DNA from: Lama glama
Taxonomy: Eukaryota
Direction of reading: 5' to 3'
Assembly: GCA_028534125.1 (NCBI GenBank)
Contig: CM052851.1
Location: 248,001 to 312,000 of the forward strand
Length of the DNA: 64,000 nucleotides
Made by a program: the position numbers and the translations under genes. Under the pieces are notes generated by a model. The model was not told the DNA's origin, did no database searches, and saw only the letters and a list, made by a program, of their open reading frames with translations. This document shows, piece after piece, positions 1 to 12,425 of this stretch (position 1 is the first letter of the stretch; each line of letters starts with the position of its first letter).

Positions 1-95
1 CTTGTGCTATGTGCATTTCTCTACCGGATGGGCTCTGAGTCCGGGGGTCTCAGGCCTTTTGCCATCCCACCCCTGTGCCCACCGAGCCCCCTCAC

Positions 96-169
96 CTGGA
101 GGCAGCTGCCTTTTCCCACCAGGGGTCAAACACCTGGGCAAGAGGGCAGCATGTGGTCCCAGGCGGCAC
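96..169 (-). other. LRRC56: Putative non-coding 5'UTR exon of LRRC56
   Basis: Minus-strand 74-nt segment flanked by acceptor ctctctaacAG and donor CAG|gtgagg. It lies downstream (on -) of the LRRC56 promoter, where human LRRC56 has 5'UTR exons. No transcript evidence. Confidence 0.4.
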
Positions 170-1891
170 CTGTTAGAGAGAGTCAGGCTGGCCTCCTGGC
201 TGGGCCACTGTGACTAAGGGACCTGGGACAGGCTGGGCCAAGGTCACAGGGCCCAGTAGCAAGCAGGTGCAGAGGCTGTAGGGGCTGCTGGCCTAGGGCC
301 TGGTCCTAGGTCCTTTTGGTCATCCTGATGGGGCCCCTGACACGGCTGACGAGGAAGACAGCCATGTGGGTGACCGACGTTGGGGTCCCTCCAGAGCAAA
401 TGCCTTGTCTTCATTCAAATCCTCACTTCCTTCCATCTTTGACTGCAACTCCTCCAAAAGGGGTCCCCAGCCTGTCACTCTGGACCATCTTCCGTGCACA
501 GGCCTCCCTGGCACCCCATCCCTCCTGAGCATTGCCCCCCCAGACCCCAGGGCAGGCTGTCCGCTGTGTCCAGGACTACCTGCACCAGGCTCCCCTGGCA
601 CCCCTCCTCAGAGACCCAGATGCCTGGGCCTGGCCCCAGACCCTGGAATCATCTCTGGGGGCAGAGCCAGAGGCCTGCTGGAACATCCTCCCTGCCTCCA
701 CCTCAGGTCAGGGCCTCGCCGACCCCCCTACTCCTGAGCTTCCTCCTGCCCTTCCTGGATTTACTTCTTAAGACTGGCCCCTCCCACAGCCCTCTGTGTT
801 TCACAACTCATTCAGTTGAGTGCGTGCCTTGCTCCGAGTGCATGCGTGTGCCCTGCGCCATGTCCTGCCCTGCCCATGGTGTGCAGAACGGGCTCTAAAA
901 TAACCCCTGAAAAATCAGTGAATGTGGCAGGTGCAGCCTCTGGCCAGTTCTTATCTACCAGCCCCTGTGGACATTCAACACTCATCCTGTCCATCAAGTC
1001 TAGAGACGCCTCCCTCGGCCTGGGCAGCTCTCCACTAGGCTCTGACAGAGAGGGTGTGAGACAGTACTGGGCCTTGGGAGTGCCCCCATGTGGAAAGTGA
1101 CCCGTACACCAAGAACCCATGGAGGTTAACACCTCATGGAGTTTGTGGCCAGGATTTTTTCCCAAAAGTTCTTCTCCTGCCTGCCTTTCTCTCACTGGTG
1201 AAAGGCCCCAAACCTTGGAGGAGGGCCCCACCATCGGGCCCCCTGGGAAGATGCTGCGAGCTGTGGGCTATGGGGAAGGTATGGGCTAGCCAGGCCGTGG
1301 CCCTGGGGAGCCGGTACGCCACCCTCTTCCCTCCGTGCCTGAGAGCAGCTGACCTGAGATCTTGTCTGCGATTAGGCCCAGAGCACAGGTCCAGTCTAGC
1401 CCCAAGGTCTTGAGGTCCAAGGAGCAGGGCTGCAGCTCCCATCTAGACACTGTCCCCTCACATCCATTCGCGGGCCTGGACCTGTCCACACTGTTCATGG
1501 ACCTGATGCCATCCTGCCCTACCACTCTGTGAGCCCCTGAGGTGGAAACTGGGGGCCATTCCCTCTTCATAGTCCAGGCCATTTCCCAGCCTGGACCATC
1601 AGCTCTCTGGGTCCTCTCCACCTGCCATCCCTTCTGAGGGCATGGCCGGCTCCACTCCTAGGTCCCCACCACAGAACCCCCCAGAGTCTGGGTCTCTGCG
1701 CAGGTGACTGGGAGCGCCTCAGCGCACGGCCAGGGGTTGTGGGCAGGGTCCCCAGGGGACCTGATCTGACATCTGGGGCATCACTGGGACCCCACTGGCT
1801 TTGCTGCTTCGTCCTCGGCCTGTTTACCCCCTGGCACTGGGTAGGTAGCGAGGCCCGTGGCCCTGGACCCAAAGGCAAACTTAGTTCTCAC

Positions 1892-1990
1892 CTGAGGGCT
1901 CGGCCCCGGTGCTCCGGCCCCGGGGGCTCGGCCCTGGGCGCCCTCCTCCGCCGGGCACTCTCTTCGACTCGGGGCGGTTCTTCCGGCGGC
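1892..1990 (-). other. LRRC56: Putative LRRC56 non-coding exon 1 (5' end approximate)
   Basis: Strong minus-strand donor CAG|gtgaga at 1890-1891, about 2 kb upstream of the HRAS start as in human, directly downstream of the X-box cluster. Confidence 0.5.
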
Positions 1991-3869
1991 GGGGTTGAGA
2001 GCCCTGGGCGCCAAGGCAACGGGGGCGGGGCCTCGGCCGAAAACGCAAATATTCTTGAACCTCAGCGTCCTCCCGGCGCCGCGCGGCCGAGCCACGCCCC
2101 TCGGCAACGGTTGCTAGGGCCGGCTGGCAGGCAAGCGGGGCGGTAGCCAGCCCAGCTGGGGGTGCGGGCGTGTGGGCGCCCCTCCACCCGGAGGGAAGCT
2201 GGGGAAGTGGGACGCCGTCGACCCAGCGGGGCGCAGCGGGGCCAGGTGTCGGCCTCCTCAAAGGAGGTCTGGGCTGGAGACACGCGCCCACCTTTCTAAG
2301 GTGGGAGACACCGGTGCAGGGTCCCGGAAGCCCTGCGCGATCTACCTCCGCCTGCAAGTGTGGCCGATGCCTCGACCGAAGGAAGCGCCCTGGGAAAAGA
2401 CCGTCTGAGGACGAGGGAAATGCCGACCTGGACACCTGGAAGGGAGTCCAGAGTGAGTGCGCCGGTGAGGGTGGCCGCCACCCGTTTTCACTTTCCGCCT
2501 TTACTTCGCGTCTACGCGCGCCAGGCGCGAGTCAGGCCGTGCCAGCCCGACACAGCCTCGGCAAGTGGGGTCGCCGCCACCGTGGGGGCGGGGGGTGGCC
2601 CCCAGGGGCCCTCCAAGGCCAAGGCCTGCAGTGGGGTGAACTCAGGGAAACAGCGCAGAGCCGGCGCGGGAGGGGGCCGAATGTCTTGGAAGAGGTATGG
2701 AATGGAAGAGGGTAATGAACAGTCTTTTCTGGTAAATAAGGAGGATGTGTTTATGCGTTACTTTGACAAATTTTTAAATGTTAAAAACATGCCTTTCTGA
2801 GAGTCTTGAAAGGACACGATGTGCATGTTTGTGCTTGGGGTGGGGGAGACTTCAGTTCAACCCCCATGGTAACTTTTGGGTTGAATTGGGAGGGTTCCGT
2901 TTGTTGTTTGGGCCTCACGGTGCGCTGCGGAAGGGCTGGGATCTCAGGGTTTGGTGAGGAGCTCCGTGGGCGGGTAGTCTGCAGGGCCTGCCCAAGTTGG
3001 GGGATGCTGGCGATGAGGGGATGCAGGAGAGGGGCCTTCCTCGGAGCTCCGGGCGAGGCTACACGCTAAGTGAGTGAGAAGCAAGACGCACCCCGCTGGG
3101 TAAAAAGACTGAGGCGGACTCGATGCTCCGCGAGCTCAGACGTCCCCTCCCAGACCCTGCCCTGCCAGGCCCAAGATGCAAGACTGAGCCGCCCCCAAGG
3201 ACCCAGCCGAAGCTGCTAGGCGTCCTGGGAACGGGAGTCACAAGCGCCGGACCTTCGTCCCGGCGACCCCTCCGCTTTTCTCCAGCCCCAGGTCCAGGGG
3301 ATGTCCATGGTGCTGACCCCGCGGACCCCACCCTCCCTGAGGCTTGGAAGTGCTGTCTCCTCCGTTCCGAGTCACCTCTCCTCCGGGCCCCCTTTGGTGG
3401 TATGCCCTCCGAAGGCGCAGGGAGGCGTGGGCGCAACTGTGCGCGCCGTCGAGGTGCGGAGGGGCCCGGCGCAAGACCCCGTGCAGTGCAGGAGCTCTGG
3501 TCTGACCCCTGCGACCCCGCCCCAGTCCACAACCGCCGCGGACTCACTTTACAGCGGGGTCTCTATCTCCCCGCGAGTCCTGCCTCTTTCCGGGAAAGTC
3601 CGGGCCGTCCCCAGGGAAGCTGTCTCCCCTAGACCATATACCTGGCCGAGCCAGTCCCGCAGGCCGCGGCCCACGAGGGCCACCCGGGCCGGCATCGCCC
3701 TCTGAACGGCTCCCGGAAGCCCCGCCCGGCCGCGACCTCTGACGGACGGGCCGCTCAACCAATCTGAGAGGGTTGGGGCGGGGCTAAGGCGCTGTGGGGC
3801 GGGTCCCGGCGCGCGCGGCCAATAGCAGGCTCGTCGGGCTGACGGATGGGCGCGGGCCCGGTCGAGTGT

Positions 3870-4002
3870 TCGCCGCCCGCAGCCGGAGCCGCACCCGCCG
3901 CGGACGGAGCCCATGCGCCGGGCGAGCCGTGCGCCCTGGCCCCGGCCCGCGCCGCCCCCCTCACCCCGGCCCCGGCCCCGGGGGCAGTCGCGCCCGTGAG
4001 CG
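3870..4002 (+). other. HRAS: HRAS non-coding exon 1 (5' end approximate)
   Basis: GC-rich exon ending GGGGCAGTCGCGCCCGTGAGCG|gtgagtgc, resembling the 3' end of human HRAS exon 1. Confidence 0.75.
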
Positions 4003-5205
4003 GTGAGTGCGGCGGGGGCCGGGGACCGGGCGGGGGGCCCGCGATCCTCTCTGTGCGCGCGGGCGCGCGGGGGCGCAGGTGAGCCGCGGGCGGCGGCGGC
4101 GGGCGGGGCCCTGCGGCTGGGGCTGCGGGCGGCCCCGGGTCCGCTCTGCCTCGCCCTGGCCATCCCCTCGGGCTCCGTGTCCCGGGCGCTGTCTTTCGGG
4201 GCCCGGCTAGTGCCCTCAGGCTGTGCGCTGGGTGCCCACGAGCCGAGGCCCGCCCGTGACCATGGCGCTAGGCGGGGTCGCCCGCCCGCCAGGCCGCAGG
4301 GACCCCTCCGAAGAGCGCGGGCACCTGGCAGCCATCACACACAGCAGGCATACCTGGGGTTTAGGAAATCACTGCCCACTGTCCCAACAAGGGCACCCCC
4401 GTCTTTAAACATCACAAATTGGGACACCCCAGCCGGGGGCCTTGCCTGAGGCCCCTTTTTCTTTTTCACCTGTGCCCCTGTTCCCACACCTCCTTTGGGT
4501 GTTTTTCCCTTGATCAGCTTATGCTTCCTGGAGCCCTGGCCCCCCGCCCGGCCTCCTCAACGTCTTACGTTCTCAAAAGTTAGGGCAACAGGGCACCAAG
4601 GTTTCTGTTTATTCTAAGTATGTGGGTCTTTTCCTTGGAGCATAGCCTGAGCCCAATGGGGCAGGCGTTCTTTCTGCCTGCTGTCACCCTGTGCCTGTAA
4701 CCACGCCCTGCACCCAGTAGGCGCTCAGTGAATACTTGTCAAGTGGACCAGCGTGCCTGGCGGGGCCAGAGCCCAGTGTTGGCTGCCACTGACCTGTCTA
4801 GGCATGCTCCTGTGCCCGCTGCTGTGGCAGGACCTGTTCTTGTGGGGGGTTGCTGGTAACCTCAGCCCGCAGCACCTCCAGTTCAGGTTTTTTGCCTACC
4901 CAGCAGCTTCTAATTTGGGTGCATGCTTGTCAGCCCTGCAGGGGTGGCTCCCTGCTTCTCTCACACAGTCCTTAAGTGTGGCTGGAGGCAGGACCCTCTT
5001 CCTCTCTGAGCTGGGGGTGCCACACGTGAGCGGTTGGGTCACCATTCTGGCTACCACCCCTGTTACCTGGATGTACGGACCCAGAGGGCAGGCAGGCTTG
5101 GGAGCTCAGTGGGCTGGCCCTGGGTAGTCTGGCTGTGGCTGAGTGCAGCTTTCTCAGCAGGTGGGACAGGAGACCACTGCAGTGCCGAGTGCCGCGGTCC
5201 CTTGA

Positions 5206-6544
<1,339 letters not shown>

Positions 6545-6814
6545 CAGCCCATCCTCCGACATCTGGCTGGTCCCCGGCCCCGCCCGGCAGTCCCTGCCAG
6601 TGGAGGTGCCGGATGCCGGGAGGAGGCCCACGCAGGGGACGGAAGAAGGGAAGGAAGGAAGTGCCGCTGGAGCCCGGCCAGCCCAGGTCGGTGGACACAG
6701 TGACCACAGGCCTCCTGGGACATTTGCACAGACTGTCGTGAACTGACGCTACCGGCACCCCAGCGATTCCTCTCCTCCAGCCCTGTCCTGACCCGCTGGG
6801 CGCAGGCCGATCAC

Positions 6815-6820
6815 AGTAAA
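6815..6820 (+). terminator. HRAS: HRAS polyadenylation signal (variant AGTAAA)
   Basis: GATCACAGTAAATTATTTGATGGTCTTGA matches the conserved 3' end of HRAS mRNA. Confidence 0.75.
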
Positions 6821-7012
6821 TTATTTGATGGTCTTGACCCTGGCGTTCAGCTGAGGCTAGGAGGCTGAGGTGCGTGGCCTCCCAGAAGGCAGGCAGGAAC
6901 GTCAGCTTCCCTGGCCAGTGGTCCCTCTGCTTCTGGGGGCACCGGGTGGGTCACGCAGAGACCTCTGGTGCTACAAGAACAGGCCAGTCTAGCACGTAAC
7001 ACACAAAACAAC

Positions 7013-7018
7013 TTTATT
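7013..7018 (-). terminator. AATAAA polyA signal of the USP6NL-like pseudogene
   Basis: TTTATT on + strand; on - it is followed by a GT-rich element (gttgttttgtgtgtt), about 670 nt after the last exon's stop. Confidence 0.55.
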
Positions 7019-10000
7019 GACCTTTAACCAGCAAGGGGGAAATTGAGACCAAAGGCACGATCCTTCCCCTTGGAAGGTGGCCTTCTTCAGAATTGGTTCT
7101 GGGAGTCGGTGGGGGGGGCTCCTTCTGTCTCCGGGTGGGGTCGTATTTTCTGGCTGTTTGGGACCCTGAAAGGCAGTTACTAATTTTGACAGAAGGGGTC
7201 CCAGCCTGTCGGGTTCAGCCCGACCTGGAGCAGGGCCCCAGCATCTTCAGCTCGGCCTCACGGCTCCGCCACGTAGGGTCAGGAGGCTGCTTGGGGCCTG
7301 GCATCTGATTGCTCCTGCCTCATTATGTGTGCAAGGGTGGGGCTTTTCCGCCCACCCCTGCCACCCCTCGGTGGGGTGGCCTGTGGCTCCCAGAGCTCCC
7401 TCACATCACTGAGGTGGCCTTGCGGGGCACATCCAGGCCCCAGGGGGCCAGATACAGCTCCGAGAGGGCTCGCTTTGCCTTGGGACAGAACTCGGGGCAC
7501 TTTGTTCCTCCACTCCTCGTCCTGGCTGTGGTAGGGGTCATGGTGCCACTGCCCTCTTGGGGCCTGTGGTCAGGCCAGGCCCCACTGGGTCAGGGGCTTG
7601 TGCCCTGTGAGGGTGGCAGTGTCCTCTAGGAAGGGCAGCATGAAGAGGCAGGGTGCGTAGCTAGCTCCCCGAGACCTCGGGAATCACCGCTCCCTCTGGA
7701 GGCCTCTGAGCATCCAGCTTCCCTGTGGACTCGGAAGTCGGCGTAGTGGAGACGTGTGGGGCCCTGGGGCTGCTCCTGGGGCGCTGCGCTGGCTCTGCCT
7801 TGGCCGTGCTGCTCGCTGTCCTGGGAGGGGCACTGGCCACAGGGTTCGCGGGGCAGGGGGTTGTCCTGAGCCCTGTGGCTGCATCTGCAGAGGGCTGGGT
7901 GGAGCCTGCGTCGGGGCCTCAATGGGGTTGCAGGGCCAGGCCTGTGTGGCCCTGGGGGTGGCCTCAGAAGGGGCTGAATGGCAAGGGACCCAGCGTTCTG
8001 GCTCACAGCTGATGTCTGGGGGCCACTTGCCCGTAGCCTTGTGGTTCACTGGGAGGTTGGGGAGGGAAGTCCATTGCCATGGCTGCAGCCAATCCTGAGG
8101 GCTGTCCTGGGCTGGGGACAGGCAGGCCAGACTGGAAGCCTCCCAGGTGGCCAGAGGCAAGCCTGTGAATGTGGCCCCCTCGTGCGGCTGCTCCTTGGCC
8201 TTTGGAATGACCTGGCCGGGTGAGGGTTCGGGCTTCTCGTGCTGGGCAGGTGGGCCAGGGAGGGCCAGCTGGTCCTCTCCGGGGAGCGTGTCCATGCTAG
8301 GAGAGGTGAGAGGCCTGGATGCTGGGGACGCTTGCTCCAGGCCCAGGGGCCTCGTGGGGAACCCCTTGGGTGTCACTGCAAGTTAGCACATTTGTCAGCG
8401 TGTCCTCCTGGCCTGTGGAGGTGCAGCCCATGGGGCCCTGTGTGGCCGCCCTATCTTGACACAGCGCCACCTCCAGGCCGCTGACCTCTAGCATCTGCGG
8501 GGTCTGCCCTCTGCCCAGCCCTGGCCTAGTGGCTGAGTCTTGGAACAGAAGAGGAGATGGACAGGGATGGGGAGGAAGGCCCGGGGTCTAGAGGGTGAGT
8601 CAGGTGGAGACCCCTGCTGAGCCCACCTGTGGGGGCAGGTCACACTTCATCCTGCGCAGCTCGGCCATCGAGGCCTGCAGCTGCCTAAGCACCACTTTGT
8701 CCTCCGGGGCCCAGGGCTGGGACAGCGTGTCCTGCAGAAATTCCCACAGGCCCTCCAGGGGCAGCTTCAGGAAGCGTTCTAGGGGTAGGGGTGCCATCAG
8801 GCCAGCAGGGACCCTGGTGGGCTGTCTCAGCCCCCGACCCTGGAGTACCTGCTGTGGGCGGTGGCTGGGTCCTGCTGTGCACCACCACTGGGGCTCTAGC
8901 TGTGCGCAGGGGAGCCTCAGGCAGGGCCACAGCAAAAGGCCGCCCCGTCCTGCTGCTTCTCCAGAGGATACCCTGCCCAGCTCGCTTGCCAGCCTGCCCT
9001 CCCACCCGCCTGCGTGGCCTTGGTCTCCACACCTGGATGACTCACTTTTGTGCACTGTGAGGACAGTGTGGGTCATGGCCATGAGCACGTGCTCACTGTC
9101 CAGGATGTAGGTGTCCCAGAGCTTCGGGGGGAGGGTCTGTGGGGACAGCAGGCTCCTGAGCGGGGCACAGTGGAGGTGCCAGCACAGGTAAGGACACCCT
9201 CCTGCCTCTGGTCCCTACAGTCCCTGCCCCACCCAGGCTGTATCACACAGGGTCCTGCAGCTCCTTATCTAGGTGGACCCATCCTAGGGGTTGTGACTGC
9301 TGGACAAGGGTGCCCCCAGAAAGGCCCTCAGGAGGGGCCCGGCCTGTCTGGGGATGGGCTCAGCCTCCCTGGGCAGCCTCACCCGGTCAGTGAAGCACTG
9401 GAGGAACCACTTGGTGGTGTGGATGCCAGTGGACATCTGTTCCTTGTCCTGATGGGGGACATGACAGCTCAGGGCCTGCCTGGTCAGCCGAAGCCTCCCT
9501 TCTGTGGGCCACTTGGCCCCCCAAGGAGAAGGAAAGTGAAACCTGCAGGGGTGGGCCCCCACCCCGCCAGGGGGACCACATCTCTGGGGGGACGCTGCTA
9601 CTCATCATGTGCCGCTTCAGCTTGCGGAGGGCTCTGCGAAGAATGCTCGTGATGAGCCTGGAATCTCAGCAGTTTTGGGGATCCCGGGATAAAGAAGCCT
9701 GAGAGCCCCCAAGCCCCCACATGTCAGAGCCCCTCCCAGTGAGGTGAGGACTGTGGGTGCCTCAGGAGCCCAAGCCTTTCCCCACAGTGACCCCGCCTTG
9801 CCCACGGCCCTCCTGAGCCCGGGCTGGACATGGTCTGCCCAGGCAGCAGGCCTGCCTTTGGTGTCTGGGGCAGAGGACCTGCTCCCAGAGTCTCAGCTTG
9901 GCTGCCGCTCACCCTGTACTGAGGGCCTAGCAGGTGTTCGGCCCTGGCAAGCCCCCTCCCCACAGTGGCCACAGCACGGGGATGGGGGTTCCAGCACTGA

Positions 10001-11399
10001 GGGGCAAGGAGTGCTGCCCACGGGTGGGATGGGGTGCATGGCCTCTGGGCTTGGGGAGCAGGCTGGGGGTGCAGGAGGGGTACTCAGCCACCTGGGCTTC
10101 TTCAGGCCATGGGCTTGGAGGGTGGATGGGTGGGGGGACAGACAGAAGGCAGAAGGACCAGCAGGGGTGTGAGAGGCATCTGGACGGGGACCAGACCCAG
10201 GGCCACGCCTGCAAGACCCTGAGGGCAGCGTGGGGAGCCGTGCCCTTCGCTGATGGGGACGTGGATGGGGCAGGGTCCCTGCCAGCCCCACTGCTGGCTG
10301 AACTCTGCAGGGAGACTGTCCTGGCCCTGAGTCACATCCAGCGGTCCACAGCAGTCACCTACCACGCATGGAATGTGCTTCTGGTCTGTCACCAGCTGGG
10401 CCAGTGCCCAGAAGGCGTCCTCCTCACTCAAGAACATGAACAGGACGGCCACAACCTGGTTCCTGCCCTGGCGGTAGCTCACCTCCTGCAAAGGCCAGAC
10501 CCGCAGGAGGGACCCCCAAGGCCTCCTCACCCCCACCCCACTCACGCCTCAGCTCCTGGACAGGCTCTGGCTCAGCTGCACTCACCCGGCCCACCCGGCC
10601 CAGGAAACACACCAGGAGAGCCCCAGCCCAGCCCAGGCACCAGCACCACGGGGCTCTGGGCACCATCCTTGGGTCCCCTTTCTCAGATGAGGCTTGGAGG
10701 GCAGTGAGTGGGATCTGGGCTAGAGGTCCTGCTGTCCGGGCAGGTGGAGCCCTGACTGGGGCACACATGGGTGCCTGGGAGGGCACGTGGCCAGGGGGCT
10801 GGCCCAGGAGCCGGCTGTGGGCGTCCCGTGGGCCATCTCAGCTGGTGTCGCTTGAGGGGATGTTCTGGAAAGAGTGGGTGGGGCAGGAGCAGCCATTAGG
10901 AGCTGCCTCCCGGTGGGTCACATGGGACTTTGGGTCACTGGGAACCTGCACCCCCGCTAAGGTTCTGAGTGGTGATGTGGCCTCCGCAGGAGCAGAGTCA
11001 AGTTTCCTGACTGCAGCAGTGCTCATTCGGCCAGGCGTGCCCTCGCCCTGAGACATTGGCACCGAGGCAGCCACCTGGAAGCTCCGCCAAGCTTGGGCTC
11101 GTGAAGCCCGGGAGGAGGTGCCAATTTTGTGCAGAGCGCAGTCTGCACCCCTGCCTTTCCATCCCAGTTTGAGATTAGCGAGCCCCCCTGCCCCGTCCCT
11201 GTGACCTTGTGTGCCTGCGACCTGACGGGGACGCTCGTGGTGTTGTGCACGGAGTAGGCCGCCAGCACATGGGACAGAGGGGACCAGAGGACAGTTTCCA
11301 GAGGATGCTGTTCACGGTATTTTGTCTGCACACCCTGATGACACAACAGGCGTGATTCGGAAATAAGCCAGAAAAGCCAGGGAATCTTCCGGGTGCCTC

Positions 11400-12425
11400 A
11401 GTGTTAACATTTTTCTGGAGTAAAGTCTACATTCACCGAAATGCAAATGTGCCAGGTGTCCAGTTTGACGAGGTTTTATTTTCTCCTTTTTCAGTTTGCC
11501 TACCTAACAGTTCAGTCTTGGGACGTACAGCTCCGTGGTTTCCATCTCGTGTGGAGCGGGCACAGCCTTGGTCCAGCTGGGCCCCGCTCCATCAGCCCTG
11601 GGGCCCGCTGACTCTCAGCTTCCCCGCGGCCGTGCCTCTTCCAGGGCGTCATGTGAGCGGAGTCCTACACGGGTCTGGATTCTTCACTCAGCAGAATGCG
11701 GCTACAATTCATCCAAGCTGTTGAGTGAACCAGTAGCATCACTGACCTGTAGTCCCTTGTTAGGGAATTCCACAGTCTGTCCATTCTCCAGTTGGACACC
11801 ATCTTGGCGGCTTCTGGTTTTTAGTGATCATGCATGAAGCAGTGAATACTGCATCTTGGTTTTACGTGGCTACACATTTTCAGTTATCTGGGAAGATACT
11901 CATGGTAACTCATGATTAATGTATCTCATGGTAACAGATGGTTAGTCTTCTAAGAAACCACCAAACTGTCTTCCAAAGCAGCTGCACCATTTGCATCCCG
12001 AACAGTGATGGATGGGAGTTCCTGTTGCTCCACATCCTCTCCACATTTGGTGCTGCCACTGCTCCGGGTCTCAGCCTTTCTAGCAGGTGTGAGGTGGCAC
12101 CATGTTGTTTCCAGAATAAGCATTTTTCCTGTGTTTGTCTGCTGTGTACATACAGACACCGTGTATCTGCATTATATGTGTGTATGTGTGTGTGTGTGTG
12201 TCCTTTGTTGAACTGTCTGTTCATATCTTGTGGCCATTTTTAATGGGCTCATGTGTTTTATTATTGGGTTTTAGAGTTTTTGTTTCTATTCTGCATAAGA
12301 GCGTTATTAGGTACATGATTGGCCAAGATTTTCTTGCAGTCTGTAGCTCTTTTACATTCTCTTAACAGGGCCTTTTGCAGAGTGAAAGGTTTAAAGTGAG
12401 ATACAGTTCTGGTTGTCAGTTTTTT
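11400..12425 (-). mobile_element. Old L1 (L1M-type) 3' ORF2/3'UTR fragment
   Basis: Antisense L1 signature aaaccaccaaactgtcttccaaagcagctgcaccatttgcatccc...gttcctgttgctccacatcct; AT-rich relative to flanks. Boundaries approximate. Confidence 0.75.
12176..12201. repeat. (TG)n microsatellite
   Basis: atgtgtgtatgtgtgtgtgtgtgtgt. Confidence 0.85.

Larger units (their letters stand above)
1850..4350. promoter_or_regulatory. CpG island / head-to-head promoter region of LRRC56 (-) and HRAS (+)
   Basis: Very high CpG density, many GC boxes, CCAAT boxes at about 3759 and 3819 upstream of HRAS exon 1, RFX X-box-like sites at 2007-2020 and about 2098-2122. Confidence 0.85.

Noticed and set aside
7684-8376. 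230-aa ORF as a stand-alone gene
   Set aside because: Begins at a splice acceptor rather than an ATG and is better explained as the last exon of the USP6NL-like copy.
6830-8400. HRAS1 28-bp VNTR expected about 1 kb downstream of HRAS
   Set aside because: No tandem array is visible; this interval holds the last exon and 3'UTR of the TBC pseudogene.
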